Assembly (NCBI GenBank): GCA_964423505.1
Contig: CAYREX010000006.1
Location: 930 to 64,929, forward strand
Length of the DNA stretch: 64,000 bases
Direction of reading: 5' to 3'
From: an uncultured bacterium
GTDB taxonomy: Bacteria; Fermentibacterota; Fermentibacteria; Fermentibacterales; JCC-6
Part shown: one piece after another, positions 1 through 6,135 of the stretch
Position numbering within the stretch: the first letter of the stretch is position 1
Layout of the letters: each line of letters starts with the position of its first letter
Position numbers and translations under genes: made by a program
The notes under the pieces: model-generated
What the model saw: the letters and a program-made list of their open reading frames with translations, nothing else
Told to the model about the DNA's origin: nothing
Databases searched by the model: none

Positions 1-15
1 GGAAAGGAGAATGAA

Positions 16-423
16 ATGCAAGGGCTACTCAAATGGGTAATGATCATGATGATCAGTACAATCGTATTTGCTGGGGAGGTTTCGGACAGCGTAACCTTCA
101 ATACAGTTCAGAATGCGCCCACCGGTTTCACATCCTGGGTGTTCTACTGGTCTATGCCTGAGATTGATCCGGATGCTACCCTAGAGTACATTGTTCTCCA
201 ACCGGATGGAGATGAGTACTACCGCATGACGGTACCCGGTACTACTCCGGCAGGGCAAGGGATACGCTCAGATTTCTATGAGGGTTTCGCAGGAGGTAAC
301 CCTGAAGTTCTCTATGGCACTGACATTCAGATCATGTTCACGGTGGACAAAGGGACTATCCAATTCCTGGACGATGCATCGTATCACTTTGAATTCACGG
401 AAACTATTGATGCCATCAGATAG
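16..423 (+). CDS. Hypothetical exported protein (cassette 1), 135 aa
   Basis: ORF with RBS ggaaaggagaat preceding the ATG. Hydrophobic signal-like N-terminus MQGLLKWVMIMMISTIVFAG. No recognisable family. An attC-like element follows immediately. Confidence 0.5.
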   Translation: MQGLLKWVMIMMISTIVFAGEVSDSVTFNTVQNAPTGFTSWVFYWSMPEIDPDATLEYIVLQPDGDEYYRMTVPGTTPAGQGIRSDFYEGFAGGNPEVLYGTDIQIMFTVDKGTIQFLDDASYHFEFTETIDAIR

Positions 424-432
424 GGACTGCCG

Positions 433-507
433 AACAACTGCATGAACCATCTACGAGCGGAGCTGCTTGATCCAGGTGGTCGTAATGGTTATGCAGAGCG
501 TTGTGTG
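433..507 (+). repeat. attC-like recombination site (cassette 1 end)
   Basis: AACAACTGCATGAACCA...TGGTTATGCAGAGCGTTGTGT is an imperfect inverted repeat with unpaired bases; left end AAC, right end GTT. Highly similar copies at 1401-1476 and 2375-2448. Confidence 0.55.
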
Positions 508-657
508 GTAGGCACGGCGTCGGCTGAGAACAGAGAACAACAGGAAAACAGGCACATAGGAAATCGGGCCCAACGGACAGAAAAAGCCGCCGCCGTGAAG
601 AACAGAAAAACGGACAAATAGGGCAGAACGGACAGCAGCAGAGGAGACAGAGCCCAC
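508..657 (+). repeat. Conserved ~150-bp non-coding cassette, copy 1 of 3
   Basis: Purine-rich on the top strand (gagaacagagaacaacaggaaaacagg...aaaaagccgccgccgtgaagaacag). Bounded by attC-like sites on both sides. Near-identical copies at 1477-1625 and 2449-2592. Confidence 0.6.
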
Positions 658-731
658 AACCACAGCATGAACCAGTCGCGGAGCTGAACTCTTCGTCCTG
701 GCATCCACGCTGGTTATGCTGAGCGTTGACC
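658..731 (+). repeat. attC-like site (end of non-coding cassette 2)
   Basis: AACCACAGCATGAACCAG...CTGGTTATGCTGAGCGTTGAC, an imperfect palindrome ending in GTT. Confidence 0.5.
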
Positions 732-753
732 CTCAGAAAACGGTAGGGCGTTC

Positions 754-782
754 TTGACAAAGTGTAGCCAATAGGCTACACT
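754..782 (+). promoter_or_regulatory. Promoter with palindromic operator upstream of the higB-like toxin gene
   Basis: TTGACA at 754-759, a 17-nt spacer, then TACACT at 777-782. The perfect palindrome GTGTAGCC-AATA-GGCTACAC (762-781) overlaps the spacer and the -10. The ATG at 789 makes the mRNA near-leaderless. Confidence 0.5.
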
Positions 783-788
783 ATACAT

Positions 789-1079
789 ATGATAGAGATT
801 CGGAAGACCGAGGATTTCTCGAAGTGGCTTGATCGGCTGAGAGACATCCGTGCACGAGCACGCATTCTTGCCAGGATCAAGCGACTTGAATGCGGACTCG
901 TAGGTGATGCCAAGCCGGTTGGCGAGGGTGTATCAGAACTGCGGATCGACTACGGTCCCGGATACAGGGTCTACTTCAAGAAACATGGGAAGAACCTGGT
1001 TATCCTATTGGCCGGTGGTGACAAGCGAACACAGAGCAAGGATATTGAGAAGGCATTGCGCCTGGCGCGAGAGCTATAG
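789..1079 (+). CDS. higB: Type II toxin, addiction-module killer protein (HigB-like, RelE/ParE superfamily), 96 aa
   Basis: Translation DFSKWLDRLRDIRARARILARIKRLECGLVGDAKPVGEGVSELRIDYGPGYRVYFKKHGKNLVILLAGGDKRTQSKDIEKA matches the conserved killer-protein family pattern (...RL..G..GD.KPVGEGV.ELRI..GPGYR.YF...G..LVILL.GGDK.TQ..DI). Confidence 0.8.
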   Translation: MIEIRKTEDFSKWLDRLRDIRARARILARIKRLECGLVGDAKPVGEGVSELRIDYGPGYRVYFKKHGKNLVILLAGGDKRTQSKDIEKALRLAREL

Positions 1080-1089
1080 GAGAAGAACC

Positions 1090-1389
1090 ATGAGCAAGAC
1101 CAGAACAACTCGCTTCGAAATCGCGGAGCATCTTCGGACTCCTGAGGAAATGGCCGCATACCTTGAAGCTTGCCTTGAGGAGTCCAACGGTGATGCGGCT
1201 TTCGTGGCAAAGGCACTCGGAGATATTGCACGAGCAAAAGGAATGACACAGGTTGCTCGAGATGCAGGCCTCTCCAGAGAAAGCTTGTATAAGGCACTGT
1301 CGGGTGAGCGTACCCCTGGATTCGATACAATCCTGAAGGTAGTGCATGCCCTCGGGATGGAGCTGCACGCAGCTCCGCTTCATAACTGA
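1090..1389 (+). CDS. higA: Type II antitoxin, HTH addiction-module antidote protein (HigA-like), 99 aa
   Basis: ATG at 1090, 11 nt after the toxin stop. Translation FEIAEHLRTPEEMAAYLEACLEE...ALGDIARAKGMTQVARDAGLSRESLYKALSGERTPGFDTILKVVHALGM matches the antidote-protein family. Toxin-first gene order is typical of HigBA. Confidence 0.8.
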   Translation: MSKTRTTRFEIAEHLRTPEEMAAYLEACLEESNGDAAFVAKALGDIARAKGMTQVARDAGLSRESLYKALSGERTPGFDTILKVVHALGMELHAAPLHN

Positions 1390-1400
1390 GAAGAAGGGTC

Positions 1401-1476
1401 AACAACTGCATGAACCAGGCAACGGGGCAGGAGTGAACGATCATGAGTCCCGTGCTGGTTATGCAGAGCGTTGACG
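1401..1476 (+). repeat. attC-like site (end of higBA cassette)
   Basis: AACAACTGCATGAACCAGG...CTGGTTATGCAGAGCGTTGACG; same family as 433-507. Confidence 0.55.
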
Positions 1477-1625
1477 AGTAGGCACGGTGGCGTCTGAGAA
1501 CAGAGAGCAAGGAAACCGGGCACAAAGGAAATCGGGCCCATAGAACAAAAAAGCCGCCACCGTGAAGAACAGGAAATAGAAACCGGACAACAGGACAGCG
1601 GCAGAACAGAGGAGATAGTTTCGCC
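1477..1625 (+). repeat. Conserved ~150-bp non-coding cassette, copy 2 of 3
   Basis: Aligns by eye with 508-657 and 2449-2592, with a few substitutions and indels. Confidence 0.6.
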
Positions 1626-1698
1626 AACAATGGGCTGTAGCAGAATTGCGCCTGGTAGTGGCGATCGTCTCGCAATCAGCTAAGCCCAAGCGTTAGGT
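1626..1698 (+). repeat. attC-like site ending in the canonical core GTTAGGT
   Basis: AACAATGGGCTGTAGCAG...CAGCTAAGCCCAAGCGTTAGGT. Arms are imperfectly complementary. The right end matches the GTTRRRY core site exactly, 4 bp before the ATG at 1702. Confidence 0.6.
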
Positions 1699-1701
1699 GA
1701 T

Positions 1702-2376
1702 ATGGAATCGACTTGGTGGAGAGAGTTCGCAGAGAGGAAAATCCGTACTACCGCTTGCATTGCTGAGAATTGCCAAGGAACATATGGAGATGTTGTTCTC
1801 CTCTTATCCGCGGTGATTTCCGCAATGGCAGCAGAATGCTGGCCTGGACGATCAATTGACAAGAAACGCTATCTGCAGTTACTGGCTCAGTACGCACCCG
1901 CAACAAAAATGATCAGCACCCCAAGGCTATGTGCATTCCTGAGTTCCCAGAAAAAACATGACCAGGAGATGCGCATTCGCAACCAGTACCCGAACATCCC
2001 GAATGATGGTCGGATTGTACTCGGGCCTGAGATCGACCACAATGAGGATGAGATATTACGGATACAGGGACTAGATATCGATCTCTCAGATCTCAGAGAG
2101 TGCTCGTATGCAGCAATTCTTTATCGTGATCTGAGAACAAGTTACACGCACGAATACAAGATTGGTGATCATACAGATTGCATAAGGATGACCAGCTCGA
2201 CCGAGCCTTGTGTTTCGTACACAAACATGTTGGGGAAAAGCACTAGGCAGATCCACTTCCCATTGAGACTAATTGCGGATATCACTAAGCAGTGTGCGAT
2301 TTCAGTTGATCAGCTCAATGGGACACTGCCAAGGGAGCGGCCAGAGACTTGGTGGATTGACGGAGGGAACACCTAA
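1702..2376 (+). CDS. Hypothetical cassette protein, 224 aa, no recognisable family
   Basis: ORF starts 4 bp after the attC core. Its TAA stop lies inside the next attC, where ACCTAAC fits the RYYYAAC inverse core. No motif recognised. Confidence 0.5.
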   Translation: MESTWWREFAERKIRTTACIAENCQGTYGDVVLLLSAVISAMAAECWPGRSIDKKRYLQLLAQYAPATKMISTPRLCAFLSSQKKHDQEMRIRNQYPNIPNDGRIVLGPEIDHNEDEILRIQGLDIDLSDLRECSYAAILYRDLRTSYTHEYKIGDHTDCIRMTSSTEPCVSYTNMLGKSTRQIHFPLRLIADITKQCAISVDQLNGTLPRERPETWWIDGGNT

Positions 2377-2448
2377 CAACTGCATGAACCATCTACGAGC
2401 AGAGCTGATTGTCCTGGGTGGTCGTAATGGTTATGCAGAGCGTTATGG
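2375..2448 (+). repeat. attC-like site
   Basis: ACCTAAC-AACTG-CATGAACCA...TGGTTATG-CAGAGC-GTTATGG. The R''/L''...L'/R' architecture is visible, with one unpaired base. Confidence 0.6.
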
Positions 2449-2592
2449 AGTAGGCACGGCGGCGTCTGAGAACAGAGAACAGAGAAATCGGGCACATAGG
2501 ACAATCGGGCCCATAGAATAAAAAGCCGCCGCCGTGAAGAACAGAAAACGGACAACCGGACAACGGCAGCAGCAGAGGAGACAGAGTCCATA
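2449..2592 (+). repeat. Conserved ~150-bp non-coding cassette, copy 3 of 3
   Basis: Same element as 508-657 and 1477-1625. Confidence 0.6.
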
Positions 2593-2655
2593 ACAATCGA
2601 ATAGAGCAGACTGCTGGGCATTGATCAGGGTAGCAGCTCATTCGAAGCGTTATCT
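2593..2655 (+). repeat. attC-like site
   Basis: ATAACAATCGAAT...ATTCGAAGCGTTATCT; arms imperfectly complementary, AAC...GTT ends. Confidence 0.5.
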
Positions 2656-2678
2656 ATTAGAAGAATGGGGTACATTAG

Positions 2679-3488
2679 GTGAAGAAAATCCTCCTAAACG
2701 ATATTCTGCAAATGGGTCACTTGGACAAAGTGAAGATACGTTTTAACATGAACAATAAGGACATATGGAATCCGATTGAGTTGTTCAAATCCGGGGAAAT
2801 TGAAGAACTTCTAAATGGCCACTATTGGAACTATTCGAAAAAATCCTACAAGCATGGACAAATCACTGTGGGATTCATTCGCCTAGAGCAAGCTGACCTT
2901 TGGTTGCTCTTTCATGTTGGAGTGATTACGAAGGATCTTAACATTCTCAATGGTATCGGCTACGAGTACGAAACACTGCCTGAGTATGAGAAGTATCTTG
3001 GTCGACTTATCATTCGCTTCAAAAACAAGGCAACAAATCTGATTCGTAATGCAAAATCAGTAATTGATGATTGTGAAGTACTCCATATCCTTCCTAACAC
3101 CTTTGAAAATGATATCTTCCCTGGATATGATAAGGTAGACTTGTCTTGGAATGAGTTAAGTAGTGCAACAAGAAAAGAGGTATGGATAACAGCTTTGCAG
3201 AATCAAAAGGGCGTCTATCTGATCACCGATTCATCAAATGGGAAAATGTATGTTGGTTCCGCGTACGGAGATAGAATGCTACTTGGTCGTTGGAAGTCTT
3301 ATGCAAAGACAGGACATGCTGGCAATTCTGAGTTGAGAGATTTGAGCTTCGAGCATATCAAGGAGCATTTTCGTTTTTCAATATTGGAGATATTCAAGTC
3401 TACAACCGATGATAAAACAATACTTGGACGTGAGCAGTGGTGGAAACGAATTTTACTCACACGAGAATTTGGATACAACAGAAATTAA
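2679..3488 (+). CDS. Cassette protein with a C-terminal GIY-YIG nuclease domain and an uncharacterised ~175-aa N-terminal domain, 269 aa (GTG start)
   Basis: C-terminal KGVYLITDSSNGKMYVGSAYGDRMLLGRWKSYAKTGHAGNSEL...FRFSILEIF...REQWWKRILLTREFGYN fits the GIY-(9-11)-YIG, R, H, E, N nuclease signature. Codons are very AT-rich, giving the lowest GC in the window. Confidence 0.7.
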   Translation: MKKILLNDILQMGHLDKVKIRFNMNNKDIWNPIELFKSGEIEELLNGHYWNYSKKSYKHGQITVGFIRLEQADLWLLFHVGVITKDLNILNGIGYEYETLPEYEKYLGRLIIRFKNKATNLIRNAKSVIDDCEVLHILPNTFENDIFPGYDKVDLSWNELSSATRKEVWITALQNQKGVYLITDSSNGKMYVGSAYGDRMLLGRWKSYAKTGHAGNSELRDLSFEHIKEHFRFSILEIFKSTTDDKTILGREQWWKRILLTREFGYNRN

Positions 3489-3516
3489 TAAATTAGGTTT
3501 AGAGAAAATCTTAGAT

Positions 3517-3592
3517 AACAACAAAATGCAGCAGTACTGCGCTAGAAAATGAGAGTCAAGTTTTCGCAGTCTGCTGATTTTGGATGTTCTGC
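3517..3592 (+). repeat. attC-like site (AT-rich variant)
   Basis: AACAACAAAATGCAGCAGTACTGCG...CGCAGTCTGCTGATTTTGGATGTTCTGC. Arms are complementary with indels; AAC...GTT ends. Confidence 0.55.
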
Positions 3593-3606
3593 AGAAAGAA
3601 ATGGGA

Positions 3607-3641
3607 TTGACGAATGTATATGATGGAGATATACATCTAGC
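3607..3641 (+). promoter_or_regulatory. Promoter/operator of brnTA cassette
   Basis: TTGACG at 3607-3612, a 17-nt spacer containing the inverted repeat GTATAT..ATATAC, then -10 TATACA. The ATG at 3642 follows closely. Confidence 0.45.
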
Positions 3642-3944
3642 ATGGTGAAACCTCGCGACCGACTGAAAGAATGCACAGGGTTCGAGTGGGATGATGGGAA
3701 TGCGACCAAGAACTGGGAGAAGCACGAAGTATCGCAGTCTGAGTGCGAGCAGGTGTTCTTCAACAGACCACTCATCCTCCGAAGGGATACGAAGCATTCA
3801 GATCGTGAAGCCAGGTATTACGTTCTTGGCAATACCGATGCCAAGCGGCTTCTCTTCGTGGTTTTCACGATACTAGGTGAAAAGATCAGAGTAATATCCG
3901 CAAGGGACATGACCGAGCGGGAAGAGCAGAGGTATCAGAAATGA
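3642..3944 (+). CDS. brnT: BrnT-family type II toxin (DUF497 ribonuclease toxin), 100 aa
   Basis: GFEWDDGNATKNWEKHEVSQSECEQVF...RYYVLG...LLFVVFT...IRVISARDMTEREEQRY matches the BrnT pattern FEWD..K...N..KHG..F.E....F......R..A...ER. Confidence 0.8.
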   Translation: MVKPRDRLKECTGFEWDDGNATKNWEKHEVSQSECEQVFFNRPLILRRDTKHSDREARYYVLGNTDAKRLLFVVFTILGEKIRVISARDMTEREEQRYQK

Positions 3945-4225
3945 GGAAGATGAAAAAGATCCCGAGATTCAAGACGGAGCAGGAGGAAAGGGAGTTCTGG
4001 CGAACTCACGATTCCAGTGAGTATCTCCACTGGGACAATGCTGCCGAGGTCACCCTGGCCAAGCTGAAGCCCTCTACTAAGACGATATCGCTGCGTCTAC
4101 CGGAATCGATGATTGAGGAACTCAAGATCCTCGCAAACAAGCAGGACATCCCTTACCAGTCGCTTCTGAAAGTGTTTCTTGCAGAGCGACTTGATGAGGA
4201 ACTTGAGGCGATCAGAGCACATTGA
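3941..4225 (+). CDS. brnA: BrnA-family antitoxin (CopG/RHH-like), 94 aa
   Basis: ATGA overlap with brnT. KTISLRLPESMIEELKILANKQDIPYQSLLKVFLAERL matches the BrnA C-terminal ITLRL....YQ..L pattern. Confidence 0.8.
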   Translation: MRKMKKIPRFKTEQEEREFWRTHDSSEYLHWDNAAEVTLAKLKPSTKTISLRLPESMIEELKILANKQDIPYQSLLKVFLAERLDEELEAIRAH

Positions 4226-4228
4226 TGC

Positions 4229-4305
4229 AGAACAAGCGCCTGCAGCGGCATTACGGTCTGGGGTAGAGGAAGGCCATCGCAATCCGCTGAGCCTATGTGT
4301 TCACC
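4229..4305 (+). repeat. attC-like site (second sequence family)
   Basis: GAACAAGCGCCTGCAGCGG...CCGCTGAGCCTATGTGTTCACC; imperfect inverted repeat. A similar element lies at 5506-5580. Confidence 0.5.
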
Positions 4306-4358
4306 AGATTGACATAAACGAAAATACGTACGATATTCCGTACGGATGGAGGTGCGGG

Positions 4359-4601
4359 ATGACCAACGTAACTGTCACGGAAGCAAGGAAGAGGCTGTAC
4401 AAGCTGCTGGATGAGGTTGCACAGTCTCATGAACCTGTGCAGATCGCCGGCAAGCGGAACTCGGCTGTTCTTGTCGGGGAAGAGGACTGGAGGGCGATCC
4501 AGGAGACACTCTATCTGACCAGTATTCCTGGCATGCGGCAGTCGATACAGGAGGGCATAGCCACTCCGGTAGATGAATGTGACGAGGAGCTTGACTGGTG
4601 A
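4359..4601 (+). CDS. yefM: YefM/Phd-family antitoxin, 80 aa
   Basis: MTNVTVTEARKRLYKLLDEVAQSHEPVQIAGKRNSAVLVGEEDWRAIQETLYL is the classic Phd/YefM fold signature. RBS ggaggtg upstream. A TTGACA promoter (4309-4314) with a CCGTACGG palindrome also lies upstream. Confidence 0.8.
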   Translation: MTNVTVTEARKRLYKLLDEVAQSHEPVQIAGKRNSAVLVGEEDWRAIQETLYLTSIPGMRQSIQEGIATPVDECDEELDW

Positions 4602-4861
4602 CATGGCGGATCGTGTTCACCAAACAGGCAAGAAGAGATGCGAAGAAACTGGCCAGTTCAGGTCTGAGAGATAAGGCGGAGATCCTGCTCCAGCTGCTTT
4701 CAGATGATCCCTTCAGAACTCCGCCGCCCTATGAAAAACTGATTGGTGACCTGGCTGGTGCCTGTTCAAGGAGAATCAATATCCAACACAGGCTTGTGTA
4801 CCAGGTTCTTCAAGATCAGCGAACCGTCAAGGTCCTGCGAATGTGGACCCATTATGAATGA
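4598..4861 (+). CDS. yoeB: YoeB/Txe-family toxin, 87 aa (GTG start overlapping the yefM stop)
   Basis: ...LAGACSRRINIQHRLVYQVLQDQRTVKVLRMWTHYE matches the YoeB/Txe motif SRRI...HRLVY.V. Confidence 0.8.
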   Translation: MTWRIVFTKQARRDAKKLASSGLRDKAEILLQLLSDDPFRTPPPYEKLIGDLAGACSRRINIQHRLVYQVLQDQRTVKVLRMWTHYE

Positions 4862-4866
4862 TGGTG

Positions 4867-4942
4867 AACAACTGCATGAACCAGGCAGCGGGGCGGAGCT
4901 GATCTAACGTGTATCCTGTGCTGGTTATGCTGAGCGTTCTGC
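4867..4942 (+). repeat. attC-like site
   Basis: AACAACTGCATGAACCAGG...CTGGTTATGCTGAGCGTTCTGC. Confidence 0.55.
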
Positions 4943-4956
4943 TGTAAGATAGGAAC

Positions 4957-4985
4957 TTGACAGTGCCCTACATTGTAGCTACGAT
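4957..4985 (+). promoter_or_regulatory. Promoter/operator of second brnTA cassette
   Basis: TTGACA at 4957-4962, a 17-nt spacer with the palindrome CTACA-T-TGTAG, then TACGAT at 4980-4985. Confidence 0.5.
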
Positions 4986-5011
4986 ATGCACATTAAAGCA
5001 CTACATTTCGA

Positions 5012-5275
5012 ATGGGATCCCAACAAGGAACTCAGAACCTCGAGAAGCACGGAATCACATTCAAGGAAGCAAGCAGTGTTTTCTATGACGAATGGGCGGT
5101 TGAGTTCTACGATGATGAGCATTCGGAGTGGGAGAACCGATGCCTGATGCTCGGCCTCAGTGCTCGACTCCGGTTGCTCCTCGTCTGTCATTGCAGCAGA
5201 GAGGAAGAGTCGGTGATCCGGATCATCTCCGCCCGGAAAGCGACAGAGAATGAAGCTAGGCAGTACCGGAGGTGA
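5012..5275 (+). CDS. brnT: BrnT-family toxin paralog (DUF497), 87 aa
   Basis: LEKHGITFKEASSVFYDEW...NRCLMLG...VIRIISARKATENEARQY is the BrnT signature. It is divergent from the 3642 copy, so it is not a recent duplicate. Confidence 0.75.
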   Translation: MGSQQGTQNLEKHGITFKEASSVFYDEWAVEFYDDEHSEWENRCLMLGLSARLRLLLVCHCSREEESVIRIISARKATENEARQYRR

Positions 5276-5279
5276 AACC

Positions 5280-5495
5280 ATGAAGGACGAGTACGATCTC
5301 TCGAAGATGAAATCCCGTAGGAATCCCTATGCCAAGCGCCTGAAGAAACAGATCACGCTTCGCCTGCAGCCGGAGATCATCGAGTACTTCAAGGCCTTGT
5401 CAGAGAAAATCGACATACCTTACCAGAGTCTGATCAACCTATACCTGCTGGATTGCGTGAATCATCATCGTGAACTGAAGATGGACTGGACATAG
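5280..5495 (+). CDS. brnA: BrnA-family antitoxin paralog, 71 aa
   Basis: RBS ggagg upstream; KKQITLRLQPEIIEYFKALSEKIDIPYQSLINLYLLDCV. Confidence 0.75.
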   Translation: MKDEYDLSKMKSRRNPYAKRLKKQITLRLQPEIIEYFKALSEKIDIPYQSLINLYLLDCVNHHRELKMDWT

Positions 5496-5505
5496 AAGAG
5501 AGGGC

Positions 5506-5580
5506 AGAACAAGCGGCTGCTGCGGTATCGCGCAGGGGTAGGTAGACCAGGGCGCAATCCGCTGAGCCTTCATGTTCGCT
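5506..5580 (+). repeat. attC-like site (second family)
   Basis: GAACAAGCGGCTGCTGCGG...CCGCTGAGCCTTCATGTTCGCT. Confidence 0.5.
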
Positions 5581-5598
5581 CCCATAACGGAAGGACGT

Positions 5599-5630
5599 CT
5601 TGACGTTATGACGTTATGGCTACATGATTC
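5599..5630 (+). promoter_or_regulatory. Putative promoter with tandem direct repeat operator
   Basis: TTGACG at 5599-5604 followed by an ACGTTATG-ACGTTATG tandem repeat; the -10 is unclear. The downstream RBS gaaaggagaat-ATG is identical to the one before the 16..423 ORF. Confidence 0.35.
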
Positions 5631-5651
5631 CTCTGGAAGGAAAGGAGAATC

Positions 5652-5885
5652 ATGTCTGATCTGACGAAAAGGGCTACTGTCTACCTTGATCCTGCGCTAC
5701 ACCGGGCACTGCGACTCAAGTCCGTAGAGACTTCAAGATCCATATCGGAACTGATCAACGATGCCATTCGAGAAGAACTGGCAGAGGACGCGGATGATCT
5801 GGCCGTCTTCCGTGCACGGATTGACGAGCCCACCGTAACGTTCGAGGCCTTCGTTGAAGGACTGAAGCGTGATGGCAGGCTATAG
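5652..5885 (+). CDS. Ribbon-helix-helix antitoxin (CopG/RelB/ParD-like), 77 aa
   Basis: RATVYLDPALHRALRLKSVETSRSISELINDAIREEL is an RHH DNA-binding motif. It overlaps the downstream toxin gene. Confidence 0.7.
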   Translation: MSDLTKRATVYLDPALHRALRLKSVETSRSISELINDAIREELAEDADDLAVFRARIDEPTVTFEAFVEGLKRDGRL

Positions 5886-6129
5886 GATTCTTATCCGGAA
5901 ATCGGTTCGGAAGGATCTTGATGGAATCCCGAAGAAGGATGTGCAGCGAATCGTCAAGGCAATCAGCAGTCTAGCCGAGGATCCGCGGCCGAGGCAATCC
6001 AAGAAGTTATCCGGAGAAGAGAAGTACAGGCTTCGGTGCGGATCTTACCGGGTGCTCTACGAGATTCTGGACAAAGAGCTGGTTGTGTACATCGTTCGAG
6101 CCCGGCATCGTAGAGACGCATATAGATAG
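5872..6129 (+). CDS. RelE/ParE-family type II toxin, 85 aa
   Basis: YRILIRKSVRKDLDGIPKKDVQRIVKAISSLAEDPRP...YRLRCGSYRVLYEILDKELVVYIVRARHRRDAY matches the RelE/ParE fold pattern. Confidence 0.75.
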   Translation: MAGYRILIRKSVRKDLDGIPKKDVQRIVKAISSLAEDPRPRQSKKLSGEEKYRLRCGSYRVLYEILDKELVVYIVRARHRRDAYR

Positions 6130-6135
6130 AGAGCG

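Noticed and set aside
451-2641. Minus-strand ORFs over the triplicated non-coding element (451..708, 489..704, 1459..1689, 2373..2621, 2393..2641), which give similar-looking peptides.
   Set aside because: Similarity is a by-product of DNA-level repetition. The ORFs are in inconsistent frames between copies, lack RBS, and start inside attC-like sites. I cannot fully exclude a tiny conserved peptide.
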